The notes beneath the pieces were generated by a model. It did no database searches. It was not told the DNA's origin and saw only the letters and a list, made by a program, of their open reading frames with translations. DNA of 62,940 nt, filler included, from a bacterium (GTDB taxonomy: Bacteria > JALSQH01), in NCBI GenBank assembly GCA_027004335.1. It is 10 parts of 10 records of this genome, joined end to end, with 100 filler letters (N's around TTAATTAATTAA, not from the genome) between each part and the next. Parts side by side here need not be neighbours in the genome. Positions count along the whole stretch, not along the records: positions 7,453 to 14,775 come from JALTID010000203.1; positions 14,876 to 22,048 come from JALTID010000205.1; 8 more parts are not named here. One strand, written 5' to 3'. Shown piece by piece: positions 11,385 to 22,148 of the stretch (positions are counted from its first letter, which is position 1; each line of letters begins with the position of its first letter). A program made the position numbers and the translations under genes.

Positions 11385-12384
11385 AAATCTTCATCCTCGT
11401 GCTGTGAGGAGCAGGAACACAAAGGGAAGAGAAAAGCCTGAAGCTCCCCATCCCTACAGAATGGCGTTTCAGATTGATAGAGACAGGATTATTCACAGTA
11501 AGGCTTTTAGAAGATTGAAACATAAAACCCAGGTTCTTCTACATCCCATCGGGGACCATTACCGCACGAGATTAACCCACACTCTGGAAGTTTCTCAAAT
11601 AGCAAGAACTATAGCCAGGGCTCTTCGATTAAATGAGGATCTAACAGAAGCCATAGCCCTGGGGCATGATTTAGGTCATACTCCATTTGGACATGCAGGA
11701 GAGAGCGTGTTGAACGAACTGTGTCCCGGCGGCTTTAAACACTATTTCCAGAGTCTCAGGGTGGTTGAGGTCCTTGAAAAAAATGGAGAGGGGCTAAATC
11801 TTACATGGGAAGTGAGGGATGGCATAGTTAAACATTCCAAGGGAAAAGGTCCTATTGTGGGGCCTGGTGCGGAAAAACCCGAGACCCTTGAGGGCCAGAT
11901 AGTCAGAATTTCTGATATAGTTGCCTATGTTAATCATGACATTGATGATGCTATGAGGGCAGGGGTTTTAACGGAGGAAATGCTTCCGTCAGATTGTGTG
12001 GATGTTATTGGTTCCCGCTATTCACAGAGAATAGATTCCATGGTTACAGATGTGATTGAAGAAACTATTAAAAGAGACTATGAGGAGATAGCTCTATCCC
12101 AATCTATGCTGGAAGTACTTGAAAAATTGAGGAATTTTCTTTTTAAAAATGTTTATGAAACTGAAATTATGGATGCAGAGTTTTTAAAAGCTAAAAAAAT
12201 TCTGAGAGAACTTTATGAATTTTATGAAAATAATGCTAAAATATTTGAGATAGATGCGGGTAGTTTTGGAATAAAAGAGGAAAATTTAAAAAGAAGAATA
12301 TGTGATTTTATAGCAGGAATGAGCGATGAATATGCTCTTTACAAGTACCAGCAATTTTTTATCCCCAGTAGATGGAAATTTTAA
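11344..12384 (+). CDS. dgt: Deoxyguanosinetriphosphate triphosphohydrolase (HD family)
   Basis: [30 protein letters not shown] and [13 protein letters not shown]. Confidence 0.93.
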   Translation: MKSIRETLEEIEDKNLHPRAVRSRNTKGREKPEAPHPYRMAFQIDRDRIIHSKAFRRLKHKTQVLLHPIGDHYRTRLTHTLEVSQIARTIARALRLNEDLTEAIALGHDLGHTPFGHAGESVLNELCPGGFKHYFQSLRVVEVLEKNGEGLNLTWEVRDGIVKHSKGKGPIVGPGAEKPETLEGQIVRISDIVAYVNHDIDDAMRAGVLTEEMLPSDCVDVIGSRYSQRIDSMVTDVIEETIKRDYEEIALSQSMLEVLEKLRNFLFKNVYETEIMDAEFLKAKKILRELYEFYENNAKIFEIDAGSFGIKEENLKRRICDFIAGMSDEYALYKYQQFFIPSRWKF

Positions 12385-12390
12385 GGAGGT

Positions 12391-13692
12391 ATGATGCCAG
12401 GGGAGAAGAAATCTTCTACTCTCCCTTTTTTGAAGGTTTATTTTGAAACCCTGGATGAGTTTGTTGAAGCTTATTCCCAGCATATTTCTAAAGGGGGGAT
12501 GTTTATAAAAACTCCTGTTCAATTAAAGGGGGGGCAGAAGATAAAGGTTGAACTGAAACTTAAAAATAACCAGTCTCTTATAAGAGGAATTGCTGAAGTG
12601 ATATGGGAAAAAGTAGAGGGGGGAAAAACAACTGGAGTTGGAATTAAGTTTATCCAGCTTACACCTGAGAGCTTAAAATTTCTTGAGCAGATACAAAAAA
12701 AATTAAAAGAGAAAGAGGAAGAAATTCTGAGTGCAGAAGAGGTTCTTGAAGAACCGGAAGAGATAATAGAAGAACCGGAAGTGGTTGAAGAGAAAGTAAG
12801 AGAAGTTTTGAAGGAGCCTTCTTTACCTGAATCTCAAGTAGTTGAACCTGAGGATGTAAGTAAGGAAAGTGGTCTTAAAAAAGATGCTTCTGGAGAGGAG
12901 ATAGCTGAACCCCAGGAAGAATTTCTTGCGCCTCCTGAGGAGGTAATTGAGAAGGTACCTGGGGGCTCGGAAAGTAAAACCCCTTCAAAGAAAGATGTAG
13001 AAAAAGTAGTAACAGATGTAGTGGAACCTACCACTAAGATAGAAATTTCCTCCGGGAAGATGCTGAAAAATATAATAGTAGTTGTGGTAATTTTAGCGGT
13101 GGCCGGAGTTGCTGGATATTTTGTTTTCCTTTCTCCTCAAAAGAGTGAGAAGGTTGAAATTGCTGCTAAGGGAAAGGTAATAAGTGGCGGCGGGAAGAAA
13201 ATTCCAGGGGGGGTGTTGCCGGAGGAAGTAATAACGGGAAATGAGACTGCTCATACTGTTACCTCTACATCTCCATCTACTCCTTCCCGCGGAATATCTG
13301 AAAGAGGAGAAAAAGAAGCGGCTGTGACGAAAGCAAGGCACTCACCTTTACCTCCTGTTACTTCTGGCAGACTTGCTAAAAAAATCATTGATATAAAAGT
13401 CTTGAGTGACAGAAGTGAAATAATTCTGGATGGTTCCATCACAAGAAGAAAAATCAGGACGGTAGCCCTTAACAGGGATAGAAAAAATTATCCCAGAATA
13501 GTTGTAAGAATAAGAATACCCCAGAAGAAGCTGAGTAAATGGGTTGTACATGGAAAAGGTAGATTAAGGAGAATAAGGTTGGGACTCCATCCTCCTGAAG
13601 TGTGGCTGGTTTACGATTTTAACACAGGGAGAAGACCTCCACATTACAGGGTAAAGGTGGTAGAGAACAAAATCCTTCTTTATTGGAGATAG
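12391..13692 (+). CDS. TIGR02266-type PilZ protein with acidic linker, TM helix and probable periplasmic AMIN-like domain
   Basis: F..YSQHISKGGMFIKT and GVGIKF; Glu-rich linker; TM IIVVVVILAVAGVAGYFVF; C-terminal PRIVVRI and RIRLGLH..WLVYD. Confidence 0.75.
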   Translation: MMPGEKKSSTLPFLKVYFETLDEFVEAYSQHISKGGMFIKTPVQLKGGQKIKVELKLKNNQSLIRGIAEVIWEKVEGGKTTGVGIKFIQLTPESLKFLEQIQKKLKEKEEEILSAEEVLEEPEEIIEEPEVVEEKVREVLKEPSLPESQVVEPEDVSKESGLKKDASGEEIAEPQEEFLAPPEEVIEKVPGGSESKTPSKKDVEKVVTDVVEPTTKIEISSGKMLKNIIVVVVILAVAGVAGYFVFLSPQKSEKVEIAAKGKVISGGGKKIPGGVLPEEVITGNETAHTVTSTSPSTPSRGISERGEKEAAVTKARHSPLPPVTSGRLAKKIIDIKVLSDRSEIILDGSITRRKIRTVALNRDRKNYPRIVVRIRIPQKKLSKWVVHGKGRLRRIRLGLHPPEVWLVYDFNTGRRPPHYRVKVVENKILLYWR

Positions 13693-13698
13693 AAAAAG

Positions 13699-13772
13699 CG
13701 CCCCCGGCAGGATTCGAACCTGCGACACCGGGATTAGGAATCCCGTGCTCTATCCTCCTGAGCTACGAGGGC
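13699..13772 (-). tRNA. tRNA-Arg (anticodon CCT), CCA not encoded
   Basis: Minus strand reads GCCCTCGTAGCTCAGGAGGATAGAGCACGGGATTCCTAATCCCGGTGTCGCAGGTTCGAATCCTGCCGGGGGCG, a complete cloverleaf. Confidence 0.97.
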
Positions 13773-13781
13773 ATCTACTAC

Positions 13782-13809
13782 ATTATATTTTAATTTAGGT
13801 GGGATTCAA
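13782..13809 (-). promoter_or_regulatory. Sigma70-type promoter for tRNA-Arg
   Basis: Minus strand TTGAAT-16 nt-TATAAT, ending 9 nt before the tRNA. Confidence 0.65.
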
Positions 13810-13812
13810 GAT

Positions 13813-14772
13813 ATGGCAAAGATCGTTTTTCTTGATATAGAGACTTTAGGTGAGGATGTTGATCTTACTTCCATCTCATCAAAGGGGGAGTTTACTGTCT
13901 ATCCTGTTACAACTTCTGAGAAGGTGGTGGAAAGAATCAGAGATGCTGATATTGTTATCACAAATAAAGTGGTTTTAGGAGATAAAGAACTCTCTGCAGC
14001 GAAAAACTTAAAACTGATAGTGGTTGCTGCTACAGGGTATAATAATATTGATCTTGGATCTGCCAGAAGATATGGAATTGTTGTTTCCAATGTGAGAAAT
14101 TATTCCACAGAGAGTGTTGCGCAGCACACTTTTGCCATGCTTTTTTATCTTCTCCATCAATTGAGATGCTACGATGATTATGTTAAAAGCGGAGAGTATG
14201 CAGAAAGTAAAATTTTTACCCATATTGGAAGGCCATTTTATGAATTAAAGGGTAAGATATGGGGGATCGTTGGTCTTGGTGCTATTGGCAGGAGAGTGGC
14301 TGAGGTAGCAGAAAATTTTGTGAGAGAAGTGATCTATTTTTCCACCTCAGGGGTGGAGAGAAAGGAAAATTATAGAAGGGTTTCCCTTGAATATCTCCTT
14401 CAAAATGCTTCCATTATTTCCATTCATGCACCTTTAAATGAAAGAACTGAAGGGCTGATAGGTTATAATGAACTTACTCTTATGAGAAAAGACGCTATTC
14501 TTTTGAATCTTGGTAGGGGTGGAATAGTGGTGGAAAAAGATGTTGCAATGGCGGTAGATGAAGGATTGATCTGTTGTTTTGGCACTGATGTTCTCTCCTC
14601 AGAGCCAATTTCTCCTGAAAATCCTCTGCTGAGGGTCAGAAATAGAGATAGGATCCTTATCACTCCCCATATTGCCTGGACATCCATTGAGGCAAGAAAA
14701 ACCCTTGTGGGGGAGATTGGAACGATTATTGAAAAGTTTTTTAACGGAGAGTATGTGAATCGGGTGGTGTGA
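13813..14772 (+). CDS. D-2-hydroxyacid dehydrogenase (glycerate dehydrogenase-like)
   Basis: ATGYNNID, GIVGLGAIG, LNLGRGGIV and ITPHIAW. Confidence 0.9.
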   Translation: MAKIVFLDIETLGEDVDLTSISSKGEFTVYPVTTSEKVVERIRDADIVITNKVVLGDKELSAAKNLKLIVVAATGYNNIDLGSARRYGIVVSNVRNYSTESVAQHTFAMLFYLLHQLRCYDDYVKSGEYAESKIFTHIGRPFYELKGKIWGIVGLGAIGRRVAEVAENFVREVIYFSTSGVERKENYRRVSLEYLLQNASIISIHAPLNERTEGLIGYNELTLMRKDAILLNLGRGGIVVEKDVAMAVDEGLICCFGTDVLSSEPISPENPLLRVRNRDRILITPHIAWTSIEARKTLVGEIGTIIEKFFNGEYVNRVV

Positions 14773-14875
14773 GGGNNNNNNNNNNNNNNNNNNNNNNNNN
14801 NNNNNNNNNNNNNNNNNNNTTAATTAATTAANNNNNNNNNNNNNNNNNNNNNNNNNNNNNNNNNNNNNNNNNNNN

Positions 14876-15552
14876 ACCCTGGCTTTCTCAAGTTCCAGAT
14901 AGCCCCCCATCTTCATGGGATCTGAATAGTGAACTTCGCTGTATTTCACTTTTCCAAAAATCCACATCAGCATATCAAAAAAATGAATCCCAATATTTGT
15001 GGCAATCCCACCAGATTTGGAAATATCTCCCTTCCATGAGATAAAATACCACTTGCCTCTTGAAGTTATGTAAATCAACTCAATATCATGGATCTTATCA
15101 GGTGGCTCATTTTCAATTCTCTTTCTTAATTCAAGAAGGGCAGGATGTACTCTCAGTTGAAGGATGTTGTAAACTTTTTTACCCGTTTCTTTTTCTATTT
15201 CTGCGAGAGCATCAAGGTTCCATGGATTAAGAACGAGAGGTTTCTCACAAATAGCATCAGCTCCGATTCTTAAGGCAAATCTTATATGCGCATCGTGAAG
15301 GTAATTGGGGGAACAGATGCTAACATAATGGATCCTTTTATCCTCCCCGCTTCTTCTAAGTTTCTCTGCATGTCTATCGAATCTTTCAAACTCTGTAAAA
15401 AAATGTACATCATCAAAATACTGATCAAGTACTCCAACCGAATCACATTTATCAAGTGCTGCCACGAGCCTGTTGCCGGTTTCCTTTATCGCCTTTAAAT
15501 GCCGTGGCGCAATGTAACCTGCTACACCAACCAATGCAAAATTCTTGATCAT
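14876..15552 (-). CDS. wbpB: Gfo/Idh/MocA oxidoreductase, WbpB-like UDP-GlcNAcA 3-dehydrogenase (3' truncated)
   Basis: NFALVGVAGYIAPRH, SICSPNYLHDAH, CEKPLV and SGGIATNIGIHFFD. Confidence 0.85.
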
Positions 15553-15606
15553 TTTGACCCCTGAGAGTTTTTAATATGATATTTTAAGATAATGAGAAAA
15601 TTTTTC

Positions 15607-15649
15607 AAAATAAAAATCCTCTCTTCCCCCTAAAACCAGGGTAGAGAGG
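15607..15649 (-). terminator. Probable intrinsic terminator
   Basis: Minus-strand imperfect hairpin CCTCTCTACCC..GGGAAGAGAGG followed by ATTTTTATTTT, just after the 15673 stop. Confidence 0.5.
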
Positions 15650-15672
15650 TTCAATATGTTAGTATTAATAGT

Positions 15673-16671
15673 TCAAAATTCGTAGCTGTACTTAAAGACA
15701 ACACCTCCTAACTGATCTGGATTCTTCACTCCTGAAATAGTACTCTTAAGAGGCACCATCACATACATACCGGCAAGGGCAAATGTCCCGTATTCTGTCT
15801 GAAAACCGGCCTCCATCACCCCGTTAAACCCAAGGGCAAAACCATTATAATCTTCAGGTCTCTTAATGTAGTATGAGTTCTGTTTTAAATAATAGCTGGT
15901 ATGGTAAAAACAGAAAGAAAGATAGGGTCTGAAACCAAGATAAAATTTGTCAGTTAACCCATAATTCAACCCTGGTCCCAGAGAAATGATGTTCATAGAA
16001 TTTTCCCAGTGAGCTTCGAACTCACCTATCTGTGGATCACTCTGAGAGAAATCAGTTTTACCACCCAATCTTGTATAATCTATACTTCCAGCTAAAATTA
16101 TTCCGGGATTACTCTTGAAAAGTCCCTTTACATTAAACTGACCACCCACTCCAAAAACTAGAGAATTATAGATATTCCCTATGAGATAACCTCCAAAGAT
16201 GAAAGGCTCTATCCCTTTCTTTTCTTTCTCGGAAGAAACACGAATAAGGGCGATACTGCCTCTTGGAGGAACCCATCCATAAATAATATAATCCCCAGGC
16301 ATGGAGATAGTAAGCTTCCAGATCATAGTTCTTCCAAGATAAAAATTACCCCACCTGCGCCGGGTTGGAAGAGCAGTAAAAACCTTCTTCTTGAACAATT
16401 TTTTGTTTCTGAATATTTCAATTCCCACTTTTTGAGGCGTAGGGGAAATTAGAAGAGGTACAATTTTAACTCTGAAGGTACCGGCAGATCCAATTTTCAA
16501 AAGAACAGGATATTTTTTACCCAGATACGCATATGCTCTGCCCTCCAGACTCGTTCTCCCCCCTTTTCTTGTAACAACCTGGATTTTTGCATCCGCCATC
16601 AGTGATGAAGAAAAGAGAAAAATTATAATAACTACAAAAAACTTTCTTACATCCTTCATCTCAAACCTCAC
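15673..16671 (-). CDS. Secreted protein with probable C-terminal outer-membrane beta-barrel
   Basis: Signal peptide, alternating aromatic/Gly strands and the C-terminal signature FKYSYEF. Confidence 0.65.
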   Translation of the reverse strand: MRFEMKDVRKFFVVIIIFLFSSSLMADAKIQVVTRKGGRTSLEGRAYAYLGKKYPVLLKIGSAGTFRVKIVPLLISPTPQKVGIEIFRNKKLFKKKVFTALPTRRRWGNFYLGRTMIWKLTISMPGDYIIYGWVPPRGSIALIRVSSEKEKKGIEPFIFGGYLIGNIYNSLVFGVGGQFNVKGLFKSNPGIILAGSIDYTRLGGKTDFSQSDPQIGEFEAHWENSMNIISLGPGLNYGLTDKFYLGFRPYLSFCFYHTSYYLKQNSYYIKRPEDYNGFALGFNGVMEAGFQTEYGTFALAGMYVMVPLKSTISGVKNPDQLGGVVFKYSYEF

Positions 16672-19600
16672 TGTTCCGAAAACTCAATCACATAATCTTT
16701 CATCAAGCTGTGACCACTGGTATCTTTTACACCCTGAGTAAATACCAGATAGTAACTATTACCACTCTGTAAAGACAAACCGTCACAGGTTATCTTCTTA
16801 TTGCCGTTATCAAAAGCGTAAGAGCCACAACTAATATTCCCTCCAGAATCTGCATCGTATAGATAGAAAGTAGTATTATCCACAGATGTGGGATCAACAC
16901 CAATATTAGTATAAACAGTTACAGATGAAGAATAGTTTATCGTTTCACCATCAGATGGAGTACTGCAAAGAACCTCGGGGACTGAATCTGTAGCGGAAAA
17001 ACTAAAGGTGTAATCTGCTCCCATGGGTGTCCCACCAAGATCAGTTATAACAGAGCCATCAAGTGTCACACTATAGGTCACTCCACCTGCAAAGGGTTCA
17101 GCAGGGATAAAGGAGAAGGAATTTGTGGTCCACTCGCCACCCATTGGTACGATACATCCCTCCACACTGAATGTTTTTCCACAGGCGCTGTAAGTGACCT
17201 GAAAACTTCCACTTCCACCAGAAGTATCAGGATAAATCGTATTTACTGCTATAGGTTCACTGAAATTAACAACTACTGTGGTTGAGGTTGTTACTCCCGT
17301 TGAGCCATTGGCGGGGGATGTTGATACCACCACCGGAGCATCTGACTCCGTAGTAAAATTATATATCTCCTTTACCCCACTAGAATTACCTGGATCATAA
17401 TTGTTCAATGCCATATCCTTTACATACTTGGATAGATAAACATAATAGGTTGTTCCTCCTATATATGGAGAATCTGGAACAAAAATTATCTGATGAACTG
17501 AGTAACTATCTATCACCTTTACCTTCCCACTCAGACAGTTTATTGAATTTAATAAACCTGGGGCCGTATCAAGCCCTTGCACAGAAGATACACAAAAATC
17601 TACCTGATTTGTTACTGAAGCTGGATAAATATTTTCATCAAAATCCACAACCACTGGCGAGGTTACCGTTGTTCCTCCAGTTTGAGTCAGAGGGGTAGTA
17701 ACATTCTGAACATTAGGTGGATTAGATTCCACTGTAAAGGTAAAAGATACATCTATGCCCCCATTCCTGCTGGCATCTGCCGCATCAGAAGTAGAAATAA
17801 GGGTGTAGTCTTGGCCATGGACCATGTTCTCAAGTGGTGTAACCCTTACAATTCCCTGATCATCAGCGGGGTTTACAGGATCATAATCAATTCTGATTGG
17901 TAAATGATTACTGCTGGAATCTTTAAGATAAAGTATATTATCCTGAAGTGACGCAACAAGCATATCCTGGTCATAAGTTAGATCAAACCATTCATCCCCA
18001 TGTATTGTTTGGCCATTACCTGAATTACTTGTTGAACCATATTCACTCACCACACTAACTGTTCCAACACCATTGTTAGCGTTTCCAGTAGGCGTAAAAG
18101 TCCCACTTGAATATATAACTGGATTGCCTACTTCATCACGAATGTCTGAATAGATATAGTAGGTATGTTGATCTCCATTGGTAAATTCTGGAACTGGTAT
18201 AAACGTCGCGCTTCTTGTTCTATCATCATAAGCAATTAAACCTACCTTCCATTTCCCTGCTGTATCATCATATATTTTTAAAGTATCATCATTTATCGTG
18301 GTTATATCCATTGCCCTTGAAAAAACTATTATGAAATTCGTGGTCTGTTCCTTAGCATATTCCACAATATAAGTTGTTTTTTTACTGGTATGGAATTTAT
18401 ATCTATAAGTCCTTGCAAGAGGATTATTCTGATATGTTCTAATTCCACTCTCTCCACCAATAACAACTGCAATATAGTCTTTGTCAAAATCAAGATAGGA
18501 TAAGGGAACAAGCTTAAAAGACTTACTATTTAATTCTTCAATGGAGCCAGTTACTTTAGAACCGTAACTATCCTCTATGTATAAAGAATCAGTTGTCACA
18601 GTTGTAACATTTATAGGTTCACCAAATTTCACAATTAGATAAGAAGTAACGGGAACATCTTTATTTTGTCCGGCAAGAAGGTTCCTGGTAACTTTATAAT
18701 TTTGCATTCCTACACTACTGATAAGGGGATCATTCCTTGTAGTAAAAGAGCTTACATATTCATTGAGATGTTCTCCACTATTTGATTCAATTCTTGCCGT
18801 GAGATGTATCTTATAAAGCTGACCATACCTGAGGGGAAGGACTCCTCTCCTACATGGAGTACTTTGAGGTTGTGGGTAGATAAATATTCTATCTATTGTG
18901 TTAGCAGTTCCATCACCAAGTCCGTCATAGGTATCACCAGAATCAGGCAGAAGATCTGTAGTATCATCATATTTTATTTTCACAGGGACTGTTCTTACAA
19001 AACCATTATCATCTGTATAGGTCAAATAAGCATCAGTATTGTCAATTGAGGACTTTTTCATCATTGTGGTAAATTTTACCTCTATAACTTGTGAAACGGG
19101 GACTCCAAGTTCTCCATTTGGAGGTAGTACATACTCAATCAGTGAAGATGTTCTTGTTCTAAATCCAGAGGTAAATGTCTCTGTTAGAGATTGATTATGT
19201 ATATCCAGAACATTTCTGGAAATTACTACAGTATAAACTGTATCATACTCAAGTTGCTGTGAAGGAATAAGGACCGCTGTTCTCGGATAGGTCGCTGAAA
19301 GCGGATATTTAATAGTGGAAGTAACTGCCTGAGATGCTAAGGTCTCAGGATTTGAATAGCCTGTAACATCCCCTTTCACAATAAAGAAATTAGGTTCATA
19401 ACCATCACTGGAATAGCTGCTATCTGAAGTGAGAGTTTTCCCATATATAGGGGAAGAAAATGTTATATATATCTTGCCGTTTATATCAAAACCTACCTTA
19501 CCAGGATGGGGAATGATCTTTTCAACAGTAAGTGGAGGATATTTAGCTGTGGTGAAAGTATAATCTACATCCTGGGAGAGAAATCCACCCTCAATTGTTG

Positions 19601-21029
19601 CATCAGAAGCTCTAACCCCATTTACTCCACCTTTTATCCAGACATGATATAAAGTATTGTATGATAACTTCTCCACAGGTTTAAGTGTAACTTTTGTTCC
19701 ACCAGACAACGTCAGAGTAGCAGGTATTTTTGTAGTAGTATCAGTGTCATATGTAAGATAAATATTGTCTGATGTTACAGAATCTGGAGATAGTTCATTG
19801 CTAAAAATAAGCTGAATGGTTGTAGAGGGGTCTATATCAACTGCACCCTTTGAAGGAAGTGCAGCAACAAGGGTAAGAGGGGGAGGATCAAGAGTCTTGA
19901 AAGTTATAGTTACATTATTAGGGATCAACCAGCCCTGTTCCCATGTGGCTCTTGTAGATTTTATCCCCGAGGGACCACCTGAAATTAATATAGAATATGT
20001 CGTGGAATATGTAAGTGAAGAGGGATAAATTGTTACCACAGTACTACCCGGTGAATACTGGTAATTAAATGCAATAGGCGTCCCAGTTGTTGTATCAATC
20101 AAACCTATATTTCCTGCAAAAGATGATGGGGAAATTGCCTCTGAGAAATATAATTTTACTACAGAAGAGAGAGCAATATTATCTGATTGATCAGAGGGAG
20201 ATGAAAAAGCAAGGAACAGTGGAGGGGGATCAACAATTTTAAAAGGAATATTAATTGCATCAGGTTCCAGCCAACCAGAAACATCTGTTGCTCGCTGACT
20301 CTTTACTCCTTTAGGACCACCTATAATTTCTATTTCATACATAGTTGAATAATCAAGATAACCCTGCTCCTTCACATGGCCTGAAAAAGGTGTAAGAGAA
20401 AGTGTAACAACTGTAGATGATGGGGAATAGGAAAGATTAAAAGAAATATTTTTCCCATAAAATGGACTTTCAGGATCAACATTTTTTACCACAATACCTG
20501 AAAGAGAGTCAGGATTAACAGTTTCAGAAAAATAAAGTTTTATAGTTGGTGTTCTTGAATTATTATCGCTACCAGGCTCTGGAGTGGAGTATATAAGCTG
20601 GAGAGGGGGTGGATCAACTGTGTAAAAAGAAAAATCAACTTCCTTGGCAAGATTGGAACCATCCTTAGCTCTCCTAAGCCCCTGAGTAACTTTTACAATA
20701 TAAGTCGTACTGTATTTAAGAGGTTTCTCTGGCATAAATGTCACAGTGTAGGATGTTGCCTGGTAGGAGTAGGTCCCATTTATCTGGTTACCCGCTTTAT
20801 CAGTAACTACGATGGCCTGGGAATTAATGGTAGACTGAACTACTCCATCGGAAAAGGTGATTTTAATCGCGGTATCCAGTGGTACATTATCCTGTCCCGA
20901 TGGTGATACCGCAATTACCTGAAAAGGATGAACCACCTCGATGGTGAGTTTCTGCTTACTACATGAAAAAAGAAAAAATGCAAGCAGAAAAATAAAAATA
21001 GCTTTACCTCCCTTCAAAAATCTATCCAT
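16668..21029 (-). CDS. Large lipoprotein with tandem bacterial Ig-like (Big_5/SbsA-type) domains
   Basis: Lipobox LFSC; repeated units P..G..VP....I.I.FS....Y.T.Y.V...G...D..G..L...F.T; Thr/Ser-rich. Confidence 0.85.
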   Translation of the reverse strand: MDRFLKGGKAIFIFLLAFFLFSCSKQKLTIEVVHPFQVIAVSPSGQDNVPLDTAIKITFSDGVVQSTINSQAIVVTDKAGNQINGTYSYQATSYTVTFMPEKPLKYSTTYIVKVTQGLRRAKDGSNLAKEVDFSFYTVDPPPLQLIYSTPEPGSDNNSRTPTIKLYFSETVNPDSLSGIVVKNVDPESPFYGKNISFNLSYSPSSTVVTLSLTPFSGHVKEQGYLDYSTMYEIEIIGGPKGVKSQRATDVSGWLEPDAINIPFKIVDPPPLFLAFSSPSDQSDNIALSSVVKLYFSEAISPSSFAGNIGLIDTTTGTPIAFNYQYSPGSTVVTIYPSSLTYSTTYSILISGGPSGIKSTRATWEQGWLIPNNVTITFKTLDPPPLTLVAALPSKGAVDIDPSTTIQLIFSNELSPDSVTSDNIYLTYDTDTTTKIPATLTLSGGTKVTLKPVEKLSYNTLYHVWIKGGVNGVRASDATIEGGFLSQDVDYTFTTAKYPPLTVEKIIPHPGKVGFDINGKIYITFSSPIYGKTLTSDSSYSSDGYEPNFFIVKGDVTGYSNPETLASQAVTSTIKYPLSATYPRTAVLIPSQQLEYDTVYTVVISRNVLDIHNQSLTETFTSGFRTRTSSLIEYVLPPNGELGVPVSQVIEVKFTTMMKKSSIDNTDAYLTYTDDNGFVRTVPVKIKYDDTTDLLPDSGDTYDGLGDGTANTIDRIFIYPQPQSTPCRRGVLPLRYGQLYKIHLTARIESNSGEHLNEYVSSFTTRNDPLISSVGMQNYKVTRNLLAGQNKDVPVTSYLIVKFGEPINVTTVTTDSLYIEDSYGSKVTGSIEELNSKSFKLVPLSYLDFDKDYIAVVIGGESGIRTYQNNPLARTYRYKFHTSKKTTYIVEYAKEQTTNFIIVFSRAMDITTINDDTLKIYDDTAGKWKVGLIAYDDRTRSATFIPVPEFTNGDQHTYYIYSDIRDEVGNPVIYSSGTFTPTGNANNGVGTVSVVSEYGSTSNSGNGQTIHGDEWFDLTYDQDMLVASLQDNILYLKDSSSNHLPIRIDYDPVNPADDQGIVRVTPLENMVHGQDYTLISTSDAADASRNGGIDVSFTFTVESNPPNVQNVTTPLTQTGGTTVTSPVVVDFDENIYPASVTNQVDFCVSSVQGLDTAPGLLNSINCLSGKVKVIDSYSVHQIIFVPDSPYIGGTTYYVYLSKYVKDMALNNYDPGNSSGVKEIYNFTTESDAPVVVSTSPANGSTGVTTSTTVVVNFSEPIAVNTIYPDTSGGSGSFQVTYSACGKTFSVEGCIVPMGGEWTTNSFSFIPAEPFAGGVTYSVTLDGSVITDLGGTPMGADYTFSFSATDSVPEVLCSTPSDGETINYSSSVTVYTNIGVDPTSVDNTTFYLYDADSGGNISCGSYAFDNGNKKITCDGLSLQSGNSYYLVFTQGVKDTSGHSLMKDYVIEFSEQ

Positions 21030-21053
21030 TCAACTCCTCCTTTTTCTCATTTC

Positions 21054-21071
21054 ATGCAAAAAAATTGCCAA
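21054..21071 (-). promoter_or_regulatory. Sigma54 (-24/-12) promoter
   Basis: Minus strand TTGGCAATTTTTTTGCAT, i.e. GG-N10-GC, upstream of SD AGGAGGAG and ATG 21029. Confidence 0.7.
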
Positions 21072-21132
21072 TTTGTTTATCTCTAAAACAGGATTTTAAA
21101 TTATAATGGAATATAGTGAGATTGTAAATCCT

Positions 21133-22048
21133 TCACTCCCCATGGATGTTCCACCCCTCAGGGACCTGAAATGCTTCTCCAATTGCTTCAGAAAAGGTAG
21201 GATGGGTAAAGATAAGCTTCTCCATATCAGTGATCTTTAATTTATTTTTTAATGCTACCACCCCTGCATGAATCATCTCCCCTGCATTCCCTCCTGCAAT
21301 ATGAACACCAAGAATTTCCTTAGAATCACTTGAATAGTACACCTTAACCATTCCTGCAAGGGCATCCTCAGCAAGAGCCCTTCCCGTCCATCTCATCTGA
21401 AATCTGGCTACTTCATAGTTAATATTCTTACCCTTTAGCTGTACCTCATCTAAACCCACCCATGCAATTTCAGGCTCTGTAAAAACCACTTTTGGAACAA
21501 GAAGAGGATCAAAAGGTTCAGGGGTTTCACCCACTATCATCCTGATCACCTGCTCCGCCCCAAAATATGCAGTATGAGCCAGCATCCCTCTTCCAGTGAT
21601 ATCACCTACAGCAAAATGACCGGGCATAGAAGTTCTCCAGAACTCGTCCACCTTTACCCAGCCATGTTCATCCTTATCAATAAATTGACCATCCCAGCCA
21701 GTAGCAGGTCTCCTTCCAAGTGCCACGACAACTTTCTCTCCCTCTATTTCACTATTAGACGTTTTAACCACATAACCTCCGGAAACCTTTTCGACTCCCT
21801 CTACAGGAGAAGATAGGTGTACCTTCACCCCTATCTTTTTAAGTTCCCTCAACAAGATCTTGCTTAGCTCCTCATCAGCACCAGGGACCAGAACTGGCAT
21901 CATCTCCACTATCTCCACATCTACTCCAAAACTTCTCAGCCAATATGCTGTTTCTACTCCGATAACACCACCACCAACTACAATTACCTTCTCAGGTAAT
22001 GAAGCAATATCAAATACTCCCTCTCCTGAGAGCAAATCCCCCCATTTC
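21133..22048 (-). CDS. lpdA: Dihydrolipoamide dehydrogenase (5' truncated)
   Basis: VGGGVIGVE, AVGD..MLAH.A, FTEPEIAWVG and HPTFSEA. Confidence 0.88.
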
Positions 22049-22148
22049 NNNNNNNNNNNNNNNNNNNNNNNNNNNNNNNNNNNNNNNNNNNNTTAATTAA
22101 TTAANNNNNNNNNNNNNNNNNNNNNNNNNNNNNNNNNNNNNNNNNNNN

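Noticed and set aside
11344-12384. dGTPase as an anti-phage defence gene
   Set aside because: Short housekeeping-type dgt in an operon with rnr, with no defence-island context.
13699-13772. tRNA as an island integration site
   Set aside because: No duplicated tRNA 3' end or integrase was seen in the window.
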